Origin: Sphingobacteriales bacterium
GTDB lineage: Bacteria > Bacteroidota > Bacteroidia > Chitinophagales > Chitinophagaceae
Length of the DNA: 64,000 bases
Direction of reading: 5' to 3'
Assembly: GCA_004295245.1 (NCBI GenBank)
Contig: REAR01000069.1
Location: 9,587 to 73,586, forward strand
How positions within the stretch are numbered: the stretch's first letter is position 1; the number at the start of each line of letters is the position of its first letter. Shown here in pieces: positions 29,320-38,779 of this stretch. A model generated the notes under the pieces. The model ran no database searches. It saw nothing but the letters and a program-made list of their open reading frames with translations, and was not told the origin of the DNA. The translations under genes were made by a program, and so were the position numbers.

Positions 29320-30036
29320 TTACAAGCGTTGCATCTTCATTTCCATATGCATAAAAAAGCTGGAGATGATGAAACCGGCCATTTTTTCCATCAAAGGTTT
29401 GTAAAAGGGGCCATCCTGTAACTCAAACGCAATTTTTATTTGTTGAGTGAGTGTATTGTTGGTCATGTTTAGCCAAATCCTTTGTTCTTTTAACCCAAAG
29501 TAGCGGTCTAATAAATTATTAGCCTCAAAAAGTTCGGGTATATGTTGTTGCAGCCAATTACGGGGCACAATAATACTCATTACCTCATATTGTAGTTTGG
29601 CTTTACCAAAAAAGCTGATGGCGTCTTCATCGTTAGTCATTATAGCTGCCTGTATCTCCGGAAAATTTATTGCAGAAGAGATGCCATTAAATGTAAAATT
29701 GAAGCCGGTATTATTTTTTACATACACAAAATGAATGGCGTAGTGATGTTCTTTATGAGGCAGGCCTTTTAAAATATGATCGGTTGATAAATTAAAATCG
29801 GCCATTTGTAAAATCAACCCCTCACCTAAATTTACTTCCCGCAGGGTGCCTTTAATGGGCCCCTCTGAAAAAGACATTACCGTGCCATAGAAATATTTCT
29901 GGACAGTTGCCTTGTGTTTTTCTTTTAAATGATAAAGGTTAAAAAAATCGTATTCAATAGTAAACATAAATAATCTGGTTTGCGCAGACATAGGAGGGAT
30001 ATACGTAAAGGTTAGGTTGCAGTTTTTAAAGTTCAC
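29320..30036 (-). CDS. Hypothetical protein
   Basis: This is a 238-aa ORF with an uncertain start and no family I can name. Confidence 0.45.
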   Translation of the reverse strand: MNFKNCNLTFTYIPPMSAQTRLFMFTIEYDFFNLYHLKEKHKATVQKYFYGTVMSFSEGPIKGTLREVNLGEGLILQMADFNLSTDHILKGLPHKEHHYAIHFVYVKNNTGFNFTFNGISSAINFPEIQAAIMTNDEDAISFFGKAKLQYEVMSIIVPRNWLQQHIPELFEANNLLDRYFGLKEQRIWLNMTNNTLTQQIKIAFELQDGPFYKPLMEKMAGFIISSFFMHMEMKMQRL

Positions 30037-30221
30037 AAAAAATAAATTGAAATAAAAATTTTTCTTGGCATTACGCTTTAGTGTAGCCCATTTAAAGTAA
30101 TTACCCGGTAGATATATGTAATTTTTTATTTATTTCAGCTGCCAAAACCTGTTTCTTTTACGGCTAACCCAACATATATTTTTTGTATGCAGTTACCTAA
30201 ATAGGTACTGCTTTCAGCCCC

Positions 30222-30270
30222 TATTGGCATTGCTGTTGAAACGAGCGTGGCAACGATGTTGCCCAGAATT
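30222..30270. repeat. Diverged copy of the dispersed element (GAGCGTGGCAAC variant)
   Basis: GGCATTGCTGTTGAAACGAGCGTGGCAACGATGTTGCCC resembles 8596-8649. Confidence 0.5.
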
Positions 30271-30308
30271 ACTTTTGCCGGTTACCACCTTTCTCATAGC
30301 TTTGAATT

Positions 30309-31100
30309 ATGGCCAGCCAAGTAAAAAGAAAGAAAGAACAACCCGTAATACTTATTACTAATGATGATGGTATTACCGCCCCCGGCATCCGCAATCTGGT
30401 AGCCGCTGTTAAAGACCTTGGTAAAATTGTAGTGGTGGCACCCGATAAACCACAGAGCGGAATGGGGCATGCCATTACCATTGGCCATCCATTGCGGTTG
30501 CACAAACAAACTATTTTTGATGGGGTAGAGGCTTACAGTTGCACAGGCACACCCGTAGATTGTGTAAAACTGGCTGTTGATAAGGTATTGCACCGCAAAC
30601 CAGATTTATGTTTAAGCGGTATTAACCACGGGGCCAACCACAGCATTAATGTAATATATAGTGGCACTATGAGTGCTGCTGTAGAAGCGGCAATTGAAAG
30701 CATCCCTTCTGTTGGGTTTTCGTTGCTGGATTACAGCATTGAAGCCGATTTTACTGCCGCCCGTGAGTATGTGCATGAAATTACCAAACGCATGCTGCAA
30801 AAACCAATGGATAAACATTTGGTGTTAAACGTAAACATACCCGCCGTTAGCAGCGCCCTTATAAAAGGTATTAAAATTTGCCGCCAGGCTTATGCTAAGT
30901 ATGAAGAAGATTTTATTGAAAGAACCGACCCGCATGGCAGAAAATATTTTTGGCTTACCGGTGCTTTTATTAATAAAGATAAAGGACGAGACACAGACGT
31001 GTGGGCTTTAGAACATAATTATGTAAGTGTTGTGCCCGTGCAATTTGATTTAACCAATTACGTTCTTAAGAGCAAATTAGAAAAACAGTGGAAATTGTAA
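30309..31100 (+). CDS. surE: 5'/3'-nucleotidase SurE
   Basis: The 263-aa protein has the N-terminal motif ILITNDDGITAPGI and GINHGAN. Confidence 0.9.
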   Translation: MASQVKRKKEQPVILITNDDGITAPGIRNLVAAVKDLGKIVVVAPDKPQSGMGHAITIGHPLRLHKQTIFDGVEAYSCTGTPVDCVKLAVDKVLHRKPDLCLSGINHGANHSINVIYSGTMSAAVEAAIESIPSVGFSLLDYSIEADFTAAREYVHEITKRMLQKPMDKHLVLNVNIPAVSSALIKGIKICRQAYAKYEEDFIERTDPHGRKYFWLTGAFINKDKGRDTDVWALEHNYVSVVPVQFDLTNYVLKSKLEKQWKL

Positions 31101-31399
31101 TGCTAAAGAAAGACGATATAAAATTAGGCCTTGTATTAGGGTTACTTACTCCCTTACTGGGGCTTATTATTTACTATTTTGTTGCCTTTTACAGCCGCAA
31201 CGTAGGGTTCATAGAATTTCTGGGCTTTTTAAAACAATATAAAAGCCTGTTAACTGCTGTTAGCAGCATTTCTTTAGTTGCTAATGCGGTACTCTTTACT
31301 TTTTATGTAAATGCCCGCAAAGACAAAACCCTCCGTGGCATTTTTATTGCAACCATTATTTATTGTATAGCCGTATTGGTTATAAAACTAGTAGGGTAG
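31088..31399 (+). CDS. Small hypothetical membrane protein
   Basis: The 103-aa protein has three hydrophobic segments and overlaps the surE stop by 13 nt. The true start may be the ATG at 31100. Confidence 0.5.
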   Translation: MEIVMLKKDDIKLGLVLGLLTPLLGLIIYYFVAFYSRNVGFIEFLGFLKQYKSLLTAVSSISLVANAVLFTFYVNARKDKTLRGIFIATIIYCIAVLVIKLVG

Positions 31400-31402
31400 T
31401 TT

Positions 31403-31470
31403 TAACCAGCAGCAGCAAAAAGCCCGGCATCGTTGTGTCACTCACTTGTACCACAACACTACATTGGGCA
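31403..31470. repeat. Diverged copy of the dispersed element (GTTGTGTCACTCACTTGTAC variant)
   Basis: The terminal TAACCAGCAG is present. AAAGCCCGGCA plus the core at 31432-31451 matches the 20-mer core at 38682-38701. Confidence 0.65.
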
Positions 31471-31671
31471 CCTTGTATTCTCAACTATTCAAGGCTGTTT
31501 TACAACCATACAAATTGGTTTAAAACCAATATCTATTTACTGCCGCTTGTTTTTGTTTTTTTTATGAAAAATCCACATCCTTTACCATTAATTTTTGTTG
31601 TAGCAGGGTAGTTTGGCTACCTTAGCCCAACTGCATAAAAATTACATCACATTATTTAAAAAACGTATGCT

Positions 31672-32997
31672 ATGGGCATATTAAAAGACAGGTTTAAAGC
31701 AAAAGCAGATGTTGCCGGCGCAGAAATCAAAGAACTTTTAAAGGAACACGGAAACCGCAAAATAGGAGAGGTTACGCTGGGTCAGGTCTATCAGGGAATG
31801 CGTGGAATTACCGGTCTTGTAACAGAAACCTCATTGCTAGATGCCCAGGAAGGTATTCGTTTCAGAGGCTATACCATACCAGAGTTACAGGAAAAATTGC
31901 CTAAAGCAGTTGATGGTAAAGAGCCACTGCCAGAAGGATTGTTTTACCTGATGCTGATTGGCGAATTACCAACTGAAGAAGATGCCCACCATATAACCAA
32001 TGTATGGCAGCGCCGCAGCCACGTACCCAATCATGTATTTGCAGCAATAGACGCTTTGCCAACATATGCGCACCCCATGACCATGTTTGTAACAGGTGTA
32101 ATGGCCTTGCAAACAGAAGGTCATTTTTCAAAAGAATATGCAAAAGGCATTAATAAAAAAGACTATTGGAACCCTGTTTACGATGACTGTATGGATCTGA
32201 TAGCACGTTTACCACGCATTGCTGCGTATGTATACCGCAGAAAATATAAGAACAATGAGCATATACACCCAAATGGTTTGTTAGATTGGGCCGGAAACCT
32301 TGCACATATGTTGGGTTTTGAAGATGAAGGCTTCAGAGAGTTGATGCGTTTGTATATGACCATTCATGCAGACCATGAAGGAGGAAATGTATCTGCACAT
32401 ACTACACACCTGGTAGGTTCAGCGTTAAGCGACCCTTACTTAAGTTATGCAGCGGGTATGAACGGGCTTGCGGGTCCGTTGCATGGCTTGGCTAACCAGG
32501 AAGTAATAAAGTGGATATTTGAAATGCGGGAAGAACTGAATACAGAATTACCTACTAAAGAGCAAATTGCAGAATACGTTAAAAAAACACTGAGTAACGG
32601 AAAAGTAGTACCAGGTTACGGGCATGCTGTTTTAAGAAAAACAGATCCACGTTTTACTGCTCAAATGGAGTTTGGCAAGCAACATATGCCAGACGATGCC
32701 TTGGTGCAAACCGTTTGGAATGTGTATGAAGTGGTACCCCCTATTTTACAATCTTTAGGAAAGATTAAAAACCCCTGGCCCAATGTAGATGCACATAGCG
32801 GTGCCTTGCTGGTGCATTATGGTTTGGTGGAGTATGAATATTATACTGTGTTATTTGCCGTAAGCCGTGCTTTGGGTGTTTTAGCCAGCCTATGTTGGGA
32901 TAGAGCACTTGGATTTGCTATAGAACGTCCGAAATCTGTAACCACAGAATCTGTTAAATTGTGGTTAGAAGGAAAAGATGAGATTTGGGAAGGTTAA
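31672..32997 (+). CDS. gltA: Citrate synthase
   Basis: The 441-aa protein has the motifs HADHEGGNVSAHT and GLAGPLHGLANQEV. Confidence 0.9.
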   Translation: MGILKDRFKAKADVAGAEIKELLKEHGNRKIGEVTLGQVYQGMRGITGLVTETSLLDAQEGIRFRGYTIPELQEKLPKAVDGKEPLPEGLFYLMLIGELPTEEDAHHITNVWQRRSHVPNHVFAAIDALPTYAHPMTMFVTGVMALQTEGHFSKEYAKGINKKDYWNPVYDDCMDLIARLPRIAAYVYRRKYKNNEHIHPNGLLDWAGNLAHMLGFEDEGFRELMRLYMTIHADHEGGNVSAHTTHLVGSALSDPYLSYAAGMNGLAGPLHGLANQEVIKWIFEMREELNTELPTKEQIAEYVKKTLSNGKVVPGYGHAVLRKTDPRFTAQMEFGKQHMPDDALVQTVWNVYEVVPPILQSLGKIKNPWPNVDAHSGALLVHYGLVEYEYYTVLFAVSRALGVLASLCWDRALGFAIERPKSVTTESVKLWLEGKDEIWEG

Positions 32998-33023
32998 AAA
33001 AAATTCTATTATATAATTACAAA

Positions 33024-33047
33024 AGCTCTCCAAAAGGAGAGCTTTTT
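33024..33047 (+). terminator. gltA terminator
   Basis: The stem AGCTCTCC/GGAGAGCT has an AAAA loop and is followed by TTTTT. Confidence 0.8.
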
Positions 33048-33178
33048 AGTTAACCATAGCCTTATCCGCCAAATTTTTTTAATGTGAACATTCCATTATT
33101 ATAGAGTGGTTAGTTACAGTTAACCTATTGCTTTGTCACATCCGGGTTCTCACAGGGAAATAAGTTGTTAAATAGTTA

Positions 33179-33541
33179 TTAGTTGTACAAGAGTCTTCTC
33201 AATACTGTGGGTATCGTTTTAAAGTCTTTATTTTTATCAACAAAAACATCTGCCCCATAAGCCCTGCAAAGGCTTAAACTAAAATCATCAACAAAGCTGT
33301 ATAGTACCAGTGCAGTAGTTTGTTCGTTTGCTTTTTTAACACTCCTTAATAAATCTATCGCACCATTACCAGGAAATTTCATATCCAGCAAAATTGCATC
33401 GGGCCGGTGTTTTGCTAATAATATTTGTGCTTCTTTATAGGTGGTTGCTCTATATACTGTTGTTTCTTTAAGATGTTCTTTTAACAAGTCTGCTAACCGA
33501 TCTGCTAAAGCTCTTGAACTATCAAAAATCAATATCATCAT
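33179..33541 (-). CDS. Stand-alone response-regulator receiver domain protein
   Basis: The 120-aa protein has a receiver fold pattern (ILIFD..., PDAILLDMKFPG). Confidence 0.75.
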   Translation of the reverse strand: MMILIFDSSRALADRLADLLKEHLKETTVYRATTYKEAQILLAKHRPDAILLDMKFPGNGAIDLLRSVKKANEQTTALVLYSFVDDFSLSLCRAYGADVFVDKNKDFKTIPTVLRRLLYN

Positions 33542-33668
33542 CAGCTTTATTTAGAATATAAAGTACCGATGAAATGAAGTTTTAAAATGTAGAAAAGGGT
33601 GCAATTTTCAGCTAGAAGTAAGCCGAGAAGCTTATAGTATTAATTCTACATCAAGGGCTTTAAAATTG

Positions 33669-34304
33669 TCACCGATCAATGTCGGAGATGATATTATGAG
33701 AAATAGCATACCTGGTGAGCTCAGCATTGGTATGTAATTGCAGTTTTTCCAGTATGCGGCTGCGATGGGTGCTTACAGTAGTTAATGCAATTGACATAGA
33801 TTCTGCAATTTGGGTAATAGTTTTACCGGCCGCCACTAATTTAAATATTTCAAACTCGCGGTTTGAGAGTAGTTCATGCGGATTACTTACGCCTTTTTGC
33901 AATAATAATTTTTCTGCAATATCTGGGGTAATGTATTTTTTGCCAAGTGTTACTCTTTTTATGGCATCCACCAATTCATAAGGCGCTGCATTTTTGTTTA
34001 AGTAAGCAGAAGCTCCGGCTTTTAATACTCTTACCGCATATAAATCATCGGGATAGATGCTCAAAATAATTACAGGCAAATAAGGATGAATCAGTTTAAT
34101 TTGCTCCAATGCCTCTAGTCCACTGCGGCCAGGCATATCAAGGTCAGAAATTACCAGATCCCATTCTTGAAGGGTTACTTCTTTTATCAAACTTTCTCCA
34201 TCGGCCACTTCTTTAATGAAAGCGTTTGGGTATTCATCTTTTAAGATCTGTATTAAACCTAGTCTAACAAAGCTGTGGTCATCAGCAAGAATTATTCTTT
34301 TCAT
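33669..34304 (-). CDS. NarL/LuxR-family response regulator (REC + HTH)
   Basis: The protein starts MKRIILADDH, has WDLVISDLDMPG, and carries a C-terminal LuxR HTH (LSNREFEIFKLVAAGKTITQIAESMSIALTTVSTHR). Confidence 0.9.
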   Translation of the reverse strand: MKRIILADDHSFVRLGLIQILKDEYPNAFIKEVADGESLIKEVTLQEWDLVISDLDMPGRSGLEALEQIKLIHPYLPVIILSIYPDDLYAVRVLKAGASAYLNKNAAPYELVDAIKRVTLGKKYITPDIAEKLLLQKGVSNPHELLSNREFEIFKLVAAGKTITQIAESMSIALTTVSTHRSRILEKLQLHTNAELTRYAISHNIISDIDR

Positions 34305-34316
34305 AGATAGTATTTT

Positions 34317-36419
34317 TTAATAACCAGTTAGAGGCAGTTTTATTTTTAATGAAGTGCCATTACCCGGAGCCGTATTAAGCTCAAAACTTCCATGCAGCGA
34401 ACTAACTCTTTCCTGCATACCCAAAATGCCAAATGATTGGTTTGATTTAGTTGCGCTGCTATTGAACCCATCGCCATCATCAGATACTGTTAGCTCAATG
34501 TTTTCAGCACTATATTCCAAACGGCAGGTAACGGTGTTGGCGTTGGCGTATTTGGTAATATTGGTTAATGCTTCCTGAAAAACGCGGTATAAGCAATTTG
34601 AAACAGGTGTGGATAGTTTTGTTGCTATAGTATTACTGCTGAATGCAACTGGTATACCGGTTGTGGATGTAAACTGTCGGGCCTGCCATTCTAATGCTTC
34701 AATAATTCCATAGCTGTCTAAAAGATCAACCCGCAGCTCTTTTAATATTTTTCTTACAGACTGGTTACTACCGTCTAACAGCCATATAATATTTCTTAGT
34801 TTGTCTTTTAGTACTTCTTCAGTATCTGGTATTTTTTTGTTAATCCAAACCACATCCATCTTAATGGCGGTTAATTGTTGCCCCAGCTCATCGTGTATTT
34901 CTCTGCCTATTCTTTTTCGTTCTTCTTCCCGTATATTTTGTAGGTGAATTGCCAATCTGCGGATATCTTCAAACGATTGTTTTAACAATTTTTCCGATTG
35001 CAGCCGTTCGGTTACATCGTTTACCAGGATTAAAGAAGCTTTTTTACTTTCGTAAAGAATATTGTACGCAAATATTTCAACATCTATCAAGCTGCCGTTT
35101 CTTTTTTTATGGCGCCAAAGGCCACTATTGTGTAAGGCGCTATAGTGCGTACGGTTAAGATCAATAAAGCGTTTTACTTCTTCTTCTGGACGTATGCCTT
35201 TTGCCCCTAATTTTAAAAATTCATCTTTTGTATAACCATAATGTTTTAAAGCAGCTTCGTTAACAGCGAGGAAACTAAAAGTTTCCAAATCTAATACCCA
35301 CATGGGCATAGGATTGCTTTCAAATAACAGTTTGTATTTTTCTTCAGATGACTTTATCTCTTTCTCTGCTTTTTTGCGTTCGCTGATGTTTCTGAAGAAT
35401 ATTGATACTCCATCAGGTGAAGGATAAATATGATTTTCAAACCATTCATCCAAGGGTGGGTAGTATTCTTCCTGATGAGTGTATTTTTGAGTTTTCATTG
35501 CTTGTTGACAGGCATTGTAAAAATCTTTCCCAACAGCGTCAGGAAAGGCTTCCCAAATACTCTTACCCAAAAGATCTTCGGGTTTTCTTGCAATTAATTG
35601 ACCCGCTTTTTCATTTAGGTAAATATATTTCCAGTTTTTATCTAATGAAGAAAATCCATCAGTAATTCTGGATAGCATTTGTTGTAATTCCTGTTGTGTT
35701 TTTTGTAAATCAGCAGTTCTGCCTGCAACTCTTTGTTCTAAAGTGTTATTTAGACTTTGTAATGACAATGCATTTTTCTTATTGCTTACAAAATCGAATC
35801 TTACTTTTAATAAAAACAAAAAAAGTAATACTAATAACCCTGATATAATGAACAAAAGTATATTAACAGACCCTTTTGTTTTTTTTTCTAAGACTGCCCT
35901 GCGTGTTGTTAATAGATTATTTTCTGTTTCCTGTATTTTATAAGTCAATGCTCTTATCTGGTCGGTATACCGCTTTCCTTCACCGGTTTGTACCAATTGC
36001 AAAGCTTGTGTAGTTCCTTTTTCATTATAAACAGCTATTGTTTTTTTTGAAAAGTCAATTCTTTTTTGGAGGTATATTAATAAGGTATCAAATCGTTGGC
36101 TTTGGATAGGATTATCTTGTAAGCGTAGTTTCAAAAATTCTAAATGTTGTTTTATTGCAGTAACCGATTCTTTATAAGGTTCTAAAAAAGCGGGTTGTCC
36201 GGTTAATACATAACCCCGGGAGGAGGTCTCGTTAGTTATTGTTTGTGTTAGTATTTTTTCTGAAGAAAGTAGTACTTCTTGGGTTGTATAAATTAATTCA
36301 TTGTTTTGCTGTAATTCTCTTGATTGAAAAATGGACACTAATATAAGGGCGGCAACAGAAACTATTAGTGCTGTTGCTGTAATAATTAAAATACTATCTG
36401 TGGTGATTTTTTTACTCAT
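34317..36419 (-). CDS. Sensor histidine kinase: CHASE3-like N-terminal domain, two PAS-like regions, HisKA_3 and HATPase
   Basis: One TM segment is followed by SSRGYVLTGQPAFLEPY (CHASE3 pattern). The H-box is IGREIHDELGQQLTAIK, and the C-terminus has the ATPase motifs DDGDGF and GILGMQERV. Confidence 0.85.
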   Translation of the reverse strand: MSKKITTDSILIITATALIVSVAALILVSIFQSRELQQNNELIYTTQEVLLSSEKILTQTITNETSSRGYVLTGQPAFLEPYKESVTAIKQHLEFLKLRLQDNPIQSQRFDTLLIYLQKRIDFSKKTIAVYNEKGTTQALQLVQTGEGKRYTDQIRALTYKIQETENNLLTTRRAVLEKKTKGSVNILLFIISGLLVLLFLFLLKVRFDFVSNKKNALSLQSLNNTLEQRVAGRTADLQKTQQELQQMLSRITDGFSSLDKNWKYIYLNEKAGQLIARKPEDLLGKSIWEAFPDAVGKDFYNACQQAMKTQKYTHQEEYYPPLDEWFENHIYPSPDGVSIFFRNISERKKAEKEIKSSEEKYKLLFESNPMPMWVLDLETFSFLAVNEAALKHYGYTKDEFLKLGAKGIRPEEEVKRFIDLNRTHYSALHNSGLWRHKKRNGSLIDVEIFAYNILYESKKASLILVNDVTERLQSEKLLKQSFEDIRRLAIHLQNIREEERKRIGREIHDELGQQLTAIKMDVVWINKKIPDTEEVLKDKLRNIIWLLDGSNQSVRKILKELRVDLLDSYGIIEALEWQARQFTSTTGIPVAFSSNTIATKLSTPVSNCLYRVFQEALTNITKYANANTVTCRLEYSAENIELTVSDDGDGFNSSATKSNQSFGILGMQERVSSLHGSFELNTAPGNGTSLKIKLPLTGY

Positions 36420-36688
36420 GACCGAATAAACTCATTGCTAAAAGGGGTACGGTAAGTTAGCTAAAAATAGGTATGTACTCCGGTAAAATAAATGAGTGGT
36501 ATGTAAATATAATTACTGGTTGTATTTCATTTTACGACTGTTATAGAATACAATGACAAAGAAATTGAGCTATAGGTAAATCTTATATATGAGTAAATGT
36601 ATTTACTGAGTTAGGATGATGAGTATTGGCTGAGCCTTTATTCCTATAAAATTAATAAAACGTAGTTTGGTGGGTGCATTTTAAAATT

Positions 36689-36744
36689 TGGTTGAGCATA
36701 TCGGGGTCGAACCGACGACCTTCCCGATTGCCGGTCGGGACGCT
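36689..36744 (-). other. tRNA-derived 3' fragment (anticodon arm to CCA), copy A
   Basis: The minus strand reads AGCGTCCCGACCGGCAATCGGGAAGGTCGTCGGTTCGACCCCGATATGCTCAACCA. The T arm is the same as in tRNA-Ala, the anticodon arm differs, and there is no 5' half. Confidence 0.75.
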
Positions 36745-36760
36745 GTAGTAACAATGCAAT

Positions 36761-36788
36761 AAAAAAACGCACTCAAAAGGTGCGTTTT
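36761..36788 (-). terminator. Terminator hairpin inside repeat unit A
   Basis: The minus strand reads AAAACGCACCTTTTGAGTGCGTTTTTTT, with the stem ACGCAC/GTGCGT followed by a T-run. Confidence 0.6.
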
Positions 36789-36794
36789 AAAATG

Positions 36795-36850
36795 TGGTTG
36801 AGCATATCGGGGTCGAACCGACGACCTTCCCGATTGCCGGTCGGGACGCT
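36795..36850 (-). other. tRNA-derived 3' fragment, copy B
   Basis: This is the same 56-nt sequence as copy A, 106 bp away. Confidence 0.75.
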
Positions 36851-36866
36851 GTAGTAACAATACAAT

Positions 36867-36894
36867 AAAAAAACGCACTCAAAAAGTGCGTTTT
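36867..36894 (-). terminator. Terminator immediately downstream of tRNA-Ala
   Basis: The minus strand reads AAAACGCACTTTTTGAGTGCGTTTTTTT, starting 7 nt after the tRNA CCA end. Confidence 0.7.
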
Positions 36895-36900
36895 AAAATA

Positions 36901-36977
<77 letters not shown>

Positions 36978-37003
36978 ATTATAATTTGAAAAGAACATTT
37001 TTT

Positions 37004-37062
37004 GAACCGCCGACCTTCCCGATTGCCGATCGGGACGCTCTGGCCAACTGAACTAATTCCCC
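37004..37062 (-). other. tRNA-derived 5' fragment (positions 1 to the T loop), truncated
   Basis: The minus strand reads GGGGAATTAGTTCAGTTGGCCAGAGCGTCCCGATCGGCAATCGGGAAGGTCGGCGGTTC and then breaks into AAAAAATG. Its anticodon arm is the same family as the two 3' fragments, and no 3' acceptor strand follows. Confidence 0.75.
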
Positions 37063-37072
37063 AAACGGGTTG

Positions 37073-37104
37073 CAAATATAGATTGGCAATAAATTGTTTC
37101 CAAA
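37073..37104 (-). promoter_or_regulatory. Candidate Bacteroidota sigma-A promoter for the tRNA locus
   Basis: The minus strand reads TTTG (37104-37101), a 20-nt spacer, then TATATTTG (37080-37073). This matches TTTG-N19-21-TAnnTTTG. It ends 10 nt upstream of the truncated tRNA-like fragment. Confidence 0.5.
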
Positions 37105-37127
37105 AAATAAAAGAAGCGTGTGGCTGA

Positions 37128-37190
37128 AAGTAGCTATACTGCTGAAGGGTGCGACGCAACGGCTGTTGCACAAAGTGCAGTGGCTGGTAT
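37128..37190. repeat. Dispersed element, solo core of the CACCCT subtype (reverse orientation)
   Basis: TGAAGGGTGCGACGCAACGGCTG at 37143-37165 is the exact reverse complement of 22478-22500. The terminal GCTGGTAT is at 37183-37190. Confidence 0.8.
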
Positions 37191-37983
37191 AAAAATAAAA
37201 AAACCTGCTTTTTGCTGGCAACAACATGGCTTAAGTAATCCAAGGAAGCAATTGGTGCGGTTAAACACAGGCTCTTATGCCTCAAAAAATTGCTCTCGCT
37301 ACTATTTTCTATAGTTGCACATAAAAAGCAGGTACGTATGTTTAGTTAAGAACTTAAAAGTTAGGATAAGGTCTTCAGGGGATATTCCTGGATTTTTTGT
37401 GGCTTCAGCATACTGGATTTGTGTCTTCTGAGGATAAGGTATGTAGTGAAAATGTGGTTCTGGAGCGGGTTCCAGAGATAAGCATGGTTACACAAGGGAT
37501 ATTGAAAAAGGGGTGTTTTTCTTAGGATGACGGACCTGGTGGTTGGATATTGGGGTAAGTTTTAAAGGATACTGAACTCAAAAGAAAAAAAAGAAGTTGA
37601 TTGACATTGGACTTGCTCGGGTTTCATGGAATATTGAACAAAGTTTCTGGACGGTTATTTCAGGACATTGGATGGTTGAGGTTGCTAATCCTCGTCAATC
37701 AACTTTCAATACAAAAGTACATGTGCATAACCTTGTTAACAAGAGCATAACTGCCCTATTTTATTTCTACAGTTTTTACTGCCTAAATCGTAAATCTATC
37801 ATAAGCCCTTGGGTTTTTTCCTACACTTGGTTACGGGTTTTTTCTAAAAGGGCATCGGGGCATAGTATATTCCGAAATCAATTAATTTCGTAAATCTACC
37901 ATAGTATTTATGACAAAATTTTATTCAATTTGCAGTAAGGCTCTTCTTATATCAGTGCCTTATGTAAAAACAAACAGACCCGT

Positions 37984-38658
37984 ATGAAAAGACTTGACCC
38001 CAGTCAACCCATAAGAGTAGCAATTGCAGATGACCACGCACTGTTTCGTGCCGGCGTAAAAACCGCATTGTCTGTTCGTAAAGACATTGAAATGGTTGCG
38101 GAAGCTGACAATGGTATGCAGCTATTGAATCTGTTAAAACACATTACCCCCGATGTGATTTTGCTGGACATTCAGATGCCCATTATGGATGGTATTGCAA
38201 CACTACCAGAAATAAGAAGACTATACCCAGATATTAAAGTGGTAATGTTAAGTATGCATAACGATCACTCCATGATTAGTAAAATGATGGAGATTGGTGC
38301 AAATTCTTATTTAACCAAAAACAGCGATAGTGAAACTATTTATCAGGCAATAAAAACCTGTGCAGAACAAGAGTTCTTCTTTAACGATTTAACTAATAAG
38401 GCACTTTTAAGTGGTTTGCGTACTAAAAAGCCAGAGCATGGTATAGAAGACATTCAGCTAAGCGAGAAAGAAATACGCATTCTTAAACTGATGTGTGAAG
38501 AGAAGACCACTAAAGAAATTGCAGATATTGTAGATATTAGTCCAAGAACTGTAGAAGCCATTCGCGATAAATTGAAATCTAAAACCGGTGCAAAAAGTAT
38601 GGCAGGGCTGGTAATGTATGCCGTTAAAAACGGAATATTAGCAGAAGAAGGTAACTAG
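37984..38658 (+). CDS. NarL/LuxR-family response regulator (REC + HTH), with no adjacent kinase
   Basis: The motifs are IRVAIADDH and PDVILLDIQMPIMDG, with a C-terminal LuxR HTH (LSEKEIRILKLMCEEKTTKEIADIVDISPRTVEAIR). Confidence 0.9.
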   Translation: MKRLDPSQPIRVAIADDHALFRAGVKTALSVRKDIEMVAEADNGMQLLNLLKHITPDVILLDIQMPIMDGIATLPEIRRLYPDIKVVMLSMHNDHSMISKMMEIGANSYLTKNSDSETIYQAIKTCAEQEFFFNDLTNKALLSGLRTKKPEHGIEDIQLSEKEIRILKLMCEEKTTKEIADIVDISPRTVEAIRDKLKSKTGAKSMAGLVMYAVKNGILAEEGN

Positions 38659-38667
38659 CCATCGCAC

Positions 38668-38725
38668 AAAGCCCGGCAGTGGTTGTGTCACTCACTTGTA
38701 CATTTTGTTGGCATAGCAGCCACAC
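38668..38725. repeat. Diverged copy of the dispersed element (GTTGTGTCACTCACTTGTAC variant)
   Basis: AAAGCCCGGCA is followed by the core at 38682-38701, identical to 31432-31451. Confidence 0.65.
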
Positions 38726-38735
38726 CTTATAAAAT

Positions 38736-38770
38736 AACAAAGCCCTGTTTACGCAGGGCTTTGTTATTTT
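38736..38770 (+). terminator. Terminator after the response-regulator gene
   Basis: The 12-bp stem AACAAAGCCCTG/CAGGGCTTTGTT is followed by ATTTT. Confidence 0.75.
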
Positions 38771-38779
38771 CGCAACCAT

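Larger units (their letters stand above)
36679..36900. repeat. 106-bp tandem repeat (2 full units; a third unit begins with the real tRNA at 36901)
   Basis: The units start at 36689, 36795 and 36901 (TGGTTGAGCATATCGGGGTCGAACCGACGACCT...). Each unit is a tRNA 3' half, then about 20 nt, then a terminator hairpin. The two full units differ at only a few positions. Confidence 0.9.

Noticed and set aside
29320-30036. I considered whether this ORF is an AraC-type regulator truncated by the neighbouring repeat element.
   Set aside because: This was only a vague impression from length and composition. I could identify no diagnostic motif, and there is no remnant HTH sequence downstream.
37597-37893. 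A 98-aa TTG-start ORF lies in the long non-coding region.
   Set aside because: It has no recognisable family or signal and is of marginal length. It overlaps the inverted-repeat structure, so I treat it as non-coding unless conservation shows otherwise.
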